A stretch of 64,000 bases of DNA, from assembly GCA_977020255.1 (NCBI GenBank), contig CDROCS010005363.1, positions 1 through 64,000 on the forward strand. The letters are read 5' to 3'. Made by a program: the position numbers and the translations under genes. Source of the stretch: Obrimoposthia wandeli. Taxonomy: Eukaryota. Of this stretch, positions 59,603-64,000 are shown in pieces. The notes beneath the pieces are model-generated. The model worked only from the letters and a program-made list of their open reading frames with translations, ran no database searches and was not told the origin of the DNA. Each line of letters opens with the position of its first letter. Position 1 is the stretch's first letter.

Positions 59603-60232
59603 ATGTCTGATTTATCATTGAACGTAGAACTTCGCGAAGTAGTAGGGAAAGGTGCGAGCCGCCGCCTACGTCGCTTAGAAAATCTAGTTCCAGCTATTAT
59701 TTATGGCGGAAAAACTGGCGGCAACGCTCGTAAGCCAAGTAATATTACTTTGAAATCTAACGAGCTTAAAAAAGCGCTAGAAAACGAAGCTTATTACAGC
59801 AGCATCATCACATTGAACATTGGTGATAAAACTGAACAGGTTGTATTGAAAGATATGCAGCGTCACCCTGCTCGTGACCACGTTATGCACGTTGATTTCT
59901 TACGCGTAAGCAAAACAACGATTCTTAAGTCTCACCTTCCAGTTCACTTCATTAATGAAGATATTTGTCCTGCAATTAAGGTTGGCGGCGCTAAAGTGAA
60001 CCACATGATGTCTAGCATCGATGTGATTTGTGCTGCTGGCGATCTTCCTCAATTCATCGAGATCGATCTTGCTGAAGCTGAAGTTGGAACTATCATCCAT
60101 TTGTCAGACATTAAATTCCCTAAAGGCGTTCAGTCTTTAGCGTTGTCTCACGGTGCTGATCACGATACTGCTGTTGTTTCTTTGTTTACACCGAAAGGTC
60201 TAGCTGAAGACGAAGAAGCTGCTGCAGAGTAA
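59603..60232 (+). CDS. rplY: 50S ribosomal protein L25/general stress protein Ctc
   Basis: GKGASRRLRR, VPAIIYG, DMQRHP, MHVDF; long CTC form. Confidence 0.97.
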   Translation: MSDLSLNVELREVVGKGASRRLRRLENLVPAIIYGGKTGGNARKPSNITLKSNELKKALENEAYYSSIITLNIGDKTEQVVLKDMQRHPARDHVMHVDFLRVSKTTILKSHLPVHFINEDICPAIKVGGAKVNHMMSSIDVICAAGDLPQFIEIDLAEAEVGTIIHLSDIKFPKGVQSLALSHGADHDTAVVSLFTPKGLAEDEEAAAE

Positions 60233-60298
60233 TCTTCTTTCTCTCGCATTCACTCTCTGTAATTTGAGAGTAAAAGAATGAGCTCGAGAGAAAACAGT

Positions 60299-60325
60299 AA
60301 AAGGGCTCATTTATGAGCCCTTTTT
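60299..60325 (+). terminator. Intrinsic terminator after rplY
   Basis: AAAAGGGCTCAT-tt-ATGAGCCCTTTTT. Confidence 0.85.
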
Positions 60326-60395
60326 CGTATAACGGCTTTGGTGATTTTTTAATTCTAGCCAATAAATAAACCAGAACAGATAAATATAGATAAAA

Positions 60396-60980
60396 ATGAG
60401 CAAAATAAAACTCATAGTCGGTTTAGGTAATCCAGGTTCTGAATACGAAGCGACTCGCCACAATGCTGGTGCTTGGTTTATCTCAGAGATTGCTCGCGCT
60501 TATAATATTTCCTTAAAAGCCGAGAAGAAATTTTATGGTATCTGCGGCCAAGGTCGTATTGATGGCCATGATGTATGGTTATTATTTCCAACAACCTACA
60601 TGAATGACAGTGGCAAAGCCGTACAAGCGCTAGCCAATTTTTATAAAATTGATGCCGAAGAAATTTTAGTCGCCCACGATGAGTTAGATCTACCCTCTGG
60701 TGTGGCAAAATTAAAAACCGGCGGAGGTCACGGTGGCCAAAATGGCTTACGTGATATCATTGCCTGCTTAGGTAATAATAAAAACTTTCATCGTCTGCGT
60801 ATTGGCATTGGCCATCCAGGGGATAAAAGCCAAGTGACTGGGCACGTACTAGGTCGCCCCAGCGCTACAGAAAAAACACAAATGGACGCGACCATTGATG
60901 AAGCCAGTCGTGTATTACCCGATGCCATTAAAGGCGACTGGGGCAAAGCCATGAATCGACTTCATACTTTTAAAGCATAA
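60396..60980 (+). CDS. pth: Peptidyl-tRNA hydrolase
   Basis: [33 protein letters not shown]. Confidence 0.97.
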   Translation: MSKIKLIVGLGNPGSEYEATRHNAGAWFISEIARAYNISLKAEKKFYGICGQGRIDGHDVWLLFPTTYMNDSGKAVQALANFYKIDAEEILVAHDELDLPSGVAKLKTGGGHGGQNGLRDIIACLGNNKNFHRLRIGIGHPGDKSQVTGHVLGRPSATEKTQMDATIDEASRVLPDAIKGDWGKAMNRLHTFKA

Positions 60981-61040
60981 TTAACTAAAGTAACGCAGAT
61001 CAGATTTTATAAAGAATTTAACAATATATAGGACATCACG

Positions 61041-62132
61041 ATGGGTTTTAAATGCGGAATCGTTGGTCTACCCAACGTAGGTAAATCGACTCTTTTTAAC
61101 GCTTTAACCAAAGCGGGCATCAGCGCAGAGAACTTTCCTTTCTGCACCATCGAGCCTAACTCAGGCATGGTTCCAATGCCAGATGCGCGTCTTGATGCGT
61201 TAGCTGAAATTGTTAAACCAGAACGTGTATTAGCGACCACTATGGAATTCGTTGATATTGCTGGCTTGGTAGAAGGCGCTTCAAAGGGTGAAGGTCTAGG
61301 CAACAAATTCTTAGCCAACATTCGTGAAACCGATGCCATCGCTCATGTTGTTCGCTGCTTTGAAGATGAAAACGTGATTCACGTTGCTAATAAAATCTCT
61401 CCTCTCGATGATGTTGATATCATCAATACCGAACTAATCTTGGCCGACCTTGAGTCTTGCGAAAAGCAATTATACCGCGTTGCTCGTGTTGCTAAAGGTG
61501 GCGCTAAAGATTCTGTGCAGCAAAAGAACTTGCTAGAAGTTTTGGTTGCTCATTTAAGTGAAGGTTTACCAGCCCGTACATTAGTAAAAGAACCGGGTGA
61601 TTATGCGCTTTACGATCAGTTCCACCTGATCACTTTAAAGCCTGTTATGTACATCGCTAACGTCAGTGAAGATGGCTTTGAAAATAATCCACACCTTGAT
61701 GTTGTTAATGAAATCGCAGCAGCAGAAAACGCTGTTGTTGTCGTTGTATGCAACCAGATTGAAGCAGAAATTTCTGAACTAGACGATGATGAAAAAGCTG
61801 AATTCTTAGATGATATGGGCATGGAAGAAGCCGGTCTTGACCGTGTAATTCGTGCAGGTTATCAGCTACTAGGTTTACAAACTTATTTCACTGCAGGCGT
61901 TAAAGAAGTTCGCGCTTGGACAGTTCGAGTCGGCGCAACCGCTCCTAATGGTGCAGGCGTTATTCACACCGATTTCGAAAAAGGCTTCATCCGTGCTGAA
62001 GTTATTGCTTATGAAGATTTCATCGAGTTTAACGGTGAAGCTGGCGCTAAAGACGCTGGTAAATGGCGCTTAGAAGGTAAAGAATACCTAATAAAAGACG
62101 GCGACGTGATGCACTACCGTTTTAACGTTTAA
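61041..62132 (+). CDS. ychF: Redox-regulated ATPase YchF
   Basis: [27 protein letters not shown] domain ending [11 protein letters not shown]. Confidence 0.98.
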   Translation: MGFKCGIVGLPNVGKSTLFNALTKAGISAENFPFCTIEPNSGMVPMPDARLDALAEIVKPERVLATTMEFVDIAGLVEGASKGEGLGNKFLANIRETDAIAHVVRCFEDENVIHVANKISPLDDVDIINTELILADLESCEKQLYRVARVAKGGAKDSVQQKNLLEVLVAHLSEGLPARTLVKEPGDYALYDQFHLITLKPVMYIANVSEDGFENNPHLDVVNEIAAAENAVVVVVCNQIEAEISELDDDEKAEFLDDMGMEEAGLDRVIRAGYQLLGLQTYFTAGVKEVRAWTVRVGATAPNGAGVIHTDFEKGFIRAEVIAYEDFIEFNGEAGAKDAGKWRLEGKEYLIKDGDVMHYRFNV

Positions 62133-62190
62133 GCTTTACTAAAAAATTGAGGCTGACAATGTGCAGCTTCAATATTTTCACTCCTTTTGC

Positions 62191-62348
62191 TCTAGCTTCT
62201 TTGCCTTTTTTTTGTCTTTTCCTCTGTGTGCTCTGTGCCCTCTGTGGTGAGCAATTTTTTTAAAGCGCCAACTTATTCGTTAGCTACGAGACAAGAATAT
62301 TCACCACAGAGAACACAGAGCGCTGCGCTTCACAGAAAAAAGCTAGAA
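62191..62348. repeat. CACAGAG-type palindromic element, copy 2
   Basis: Left arm cctctgtgtgctctgtgccctctgtggtga (62221-62250); right arm 62300-62348 is 45/49 identical to 21306-21354; outer TCTAGCTT/AAGCTAGA inverted repeat. Confidence 0.85.
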
Positions 62349-62356
62349 CACAACAA

Positions 62357-63553
62357 TTAAGCCCCCATCAATTCAGCTAACTCAGCATCTTCTTTAGCAA
62401 TTCGCTCTTCTTCAGCTTTTTCTTCATGAGTTTTCTCAAGTGATAAACCGGCAAGCCCTGATGATGCAGCAGCAGAAACAGCTCTCTCACCCTCTGTTTC
62501 TGCCAGCTTAATTCGCAAACGTAAATTATTTTCTGAATCCGCATTTTTCAATGCTTCTTCCATGCTAATTCTTCCCGCTTGTTGTAACTTAAATAATGCA
62601 GCATCGAATGTTTGCATGCCCAAATTCTCGGAGCGCACCATAATTTCCTTCAATGAGTCGGTATCACCTTTGTAGATAAGGTCTTGAGTCGTTTTGTTTC
62701 CTAACAAGACCTCAACCGCTGCGACACGTTTTCCGTCAATAGTTGGAATCAAACGCTGAGAAATAATTGCCTGCATATTTAACCCCATGTCTTGTAATAG
62801 CTGGGCATGGCGTTCTTGCGGAAAGAAGTTAATGATGCGATCTAATGCTTGGTTGGCGTTATTGGCATGCAATGTTGAAATCGCTAAGTGACCTGTTTCA
62901 GCAAACGCTAACGCATGCTCCATCGTTTCACGATCACGGATTTCACCAATCAAAATAACATCCGGGGCTTGGCGCAGAGTATTTTTAAGAGCGGCCTGAA
63001 ACGACTTAGTATCGACTCCGACTTCACGCTGATTGATAATCGACTTTTTGTGGGTATGAACAAATTCGACGGGATCTTCAATGGTAATGATATGACCCGC
63101 AGAGGTTTCATTTCTATGGTCGATTAATGAAGCTAACGATGTTGATTTACCAGAACCAGTACCGCCCACAAAAAGAATCAAGCCACGCTTGGCCGTAATT
63201 ACCTTTTTCAAAATCACAGGCAACCCTAGATCATCGAATTTAGGTATATCGGTAACAATATTACGGGCAACAACAGAGACTTCATTACGCTGGCGAAACA
63301 TGTTTATACGAAAGCGGCCACCAGAAGGCAGGCTAATCGCCATATTGAGTTCCATTTCTTGCTCGAACTCTTTCTTTTGATCCGCATCCAACACATGCTC
63401 GACCATTTTTGCAATCTGTCCAGGCTGTAAAGGCTCTTTGCTGAGTTGCTTTAGCGTGCCTTGAAATTTAGCGCTAGGAGGAGCTCCTGTGCTTAAGTAA
63501 AGATCTGAGCCGTCGTGCTTAGCAAGTACTTCTAAATATTTTCTTATCGGCAT
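62357..63553 (-). CDS. pilU: Type IV pilus retraction ATPase PilU
   Basis: GGTGSGKSTS Walker A, TIEDPVE, LRQAPDVILIGEIRD, AETGHL..STLHANN; SDLYLSTG N-terminus. Confidence 0.9.
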   Translation of the reverse strand: MPIRKYLEVLAKHDGSDLYLSTGAPPSAKFQGTLKQLSKEPLQPGQIAKMVEHVLDADQKKEFEQEMELNMAISLPSGGRFRINMFRQRNEVSVVARNIVTDIPKFDDLGLPVILKKVITAKRGLILFVGGTGSGKSTSLASLIDHRNETSAGHIITIEDPVEFVHTHKKSIINQREVGVDTKSFQAALKNTLRQAPDVILIGEIRDRETMEHALAFAETGHLAISTLHANNANQALDRIINFFPQERHAQLLQDMGLNMQAIISQRLIPTIDGKRVAAVEVLLGNKTTQDLIYKGDTDSLKEIMVRSENLGMQTFDAALFKLQQAGRISMEEALKNADSENNLRLRIKLAETEGERAVSAAASSGLAGLSLEKTHEEKAEEERIAKEDAELAELMGA

Positions 63554-63667
63554 GGGAGTCCAATGTTTTTATAATTAACGGTAGTTTATCACTCGTTAAT
63601 TATAAAAATCATCCCATTATCCAGAAAATGTGATCTAGTAGTTATTTATTAAACACCCCTACAACTA

Positions 63668-64000
63668 TTAGGTTTTTCTACTGTTCTGAAAATTCTCAAG
63701 TTCCGCATCTTCTATCGCTCGCTTCTCATCTTCGGCCTTCTCTTCATCCGTTTTTTCTAATGACAGACCATCAAAGGCAGAAGGTGCTTTAGCATTGGAC
63801 TCCGCTTGACCCGCATCGTCAGAACCTCCATCGCTTTCTGCTAATTTGATACGCAACCGTAAGTTATTCTCAGAATCAGCATTTTTCAATGCCTCGTCTA
63901 GGGTGATTTTCCCACTCTGCTGCAACTTAAATAACGCCGCATCAAAGGTTTGCATCCCCAAGTTCTCTGATTTGTTCATAATTTCTTTAATCGAGTCTAT
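63668..64000 (-). CDS. pilU: Second PilU-family ATPase, C-terminal part (5' end beyond window)
   Basis: Frame open to the window edge; SENLGMQTFDAALFKLQQ...EALKNADSENNLRLRIKLAE nearly identical to the downstream PilU. Confidence 0.8.
   Translation of the reverse strand: MDSIKEIMNKSENLGMQTFDAALFKLQQSGKITLDEALKNADSENNLRLRIKLAESDGGSDDAGQAESNAKAPSAFDGLSLEKTDEEKAEDEKRAIEDAELENFQNSRKT

Noticed and set aside
433-63380. Many 60-220-aa ORFs in the track that are antisense to or overlap real genes (e.g. 946-1377, 15485-17182 set, 28487-28888, 39421-40074, 54102-54455, 61007-61339)
   Set aside because: They lie opposite or out of frame within well-supported genes, have no recognisable motifs, and are expected shadows (Ser/Pro-rich antisense of Asp/Gly-rich or Lys/Ala-rich coding).

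Overview
Chromosomal window of a marine-type gammaproteobacterium (gene order and protein style suggest Oceanospirillales, possibly Oleispira-like; this is inference). Housekeeping blocks sit at both ends: lipA-lipB-ybeD-dacA-rlpA-mltB-rodA-mrdA-rlmH-rsfS-nadD-proA (0.36-11.5 kb) and cmoB/A-rmuC-prfA-hemA-TPR-lolB-ispE-tRNA-Gln-prs-rplY-pth-ychF-pilU-pilU' (48-64 kb). Between them lie ubiX, mpl, fbp, purU, ppnN, class I fumarase, sodB, maf and gspN-C-D, plus accessory genes. The standout is a five-gene operon (28982-34227, minus strand). It encodes an outer-membrane beta-barrel protein with a CsgG/FlgO-like domain, a TPR lipoprotein, a single-chain FliF(S-ring)-TM-FliG rotor fusion, and a MotA/MotB stator with ion-conducting and torque residues intact. 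No export apparatus, rod, hook or filament genes are nearby, so it is a candidate non-flagellar trans-envelope rotary motor. Directly downstream are a circularly permuted, collagen-stalked PhoX lipoprotein and a coupled di-haem cytochrome c / MntP-like pair. Other notable items: an Asp-rich thrombospondin-type-3-like protein with exact 75-aa periodicity, a coupled pair of catalytically dead GGDEF membrane proteins with intact I-sites, two copies of a CACAGAG palindromic element, a nested palindromic element, a novel secreted paralog pair and tandem PilU paralogs. All family assignments come from motif recognition by eye; no database searches were run.
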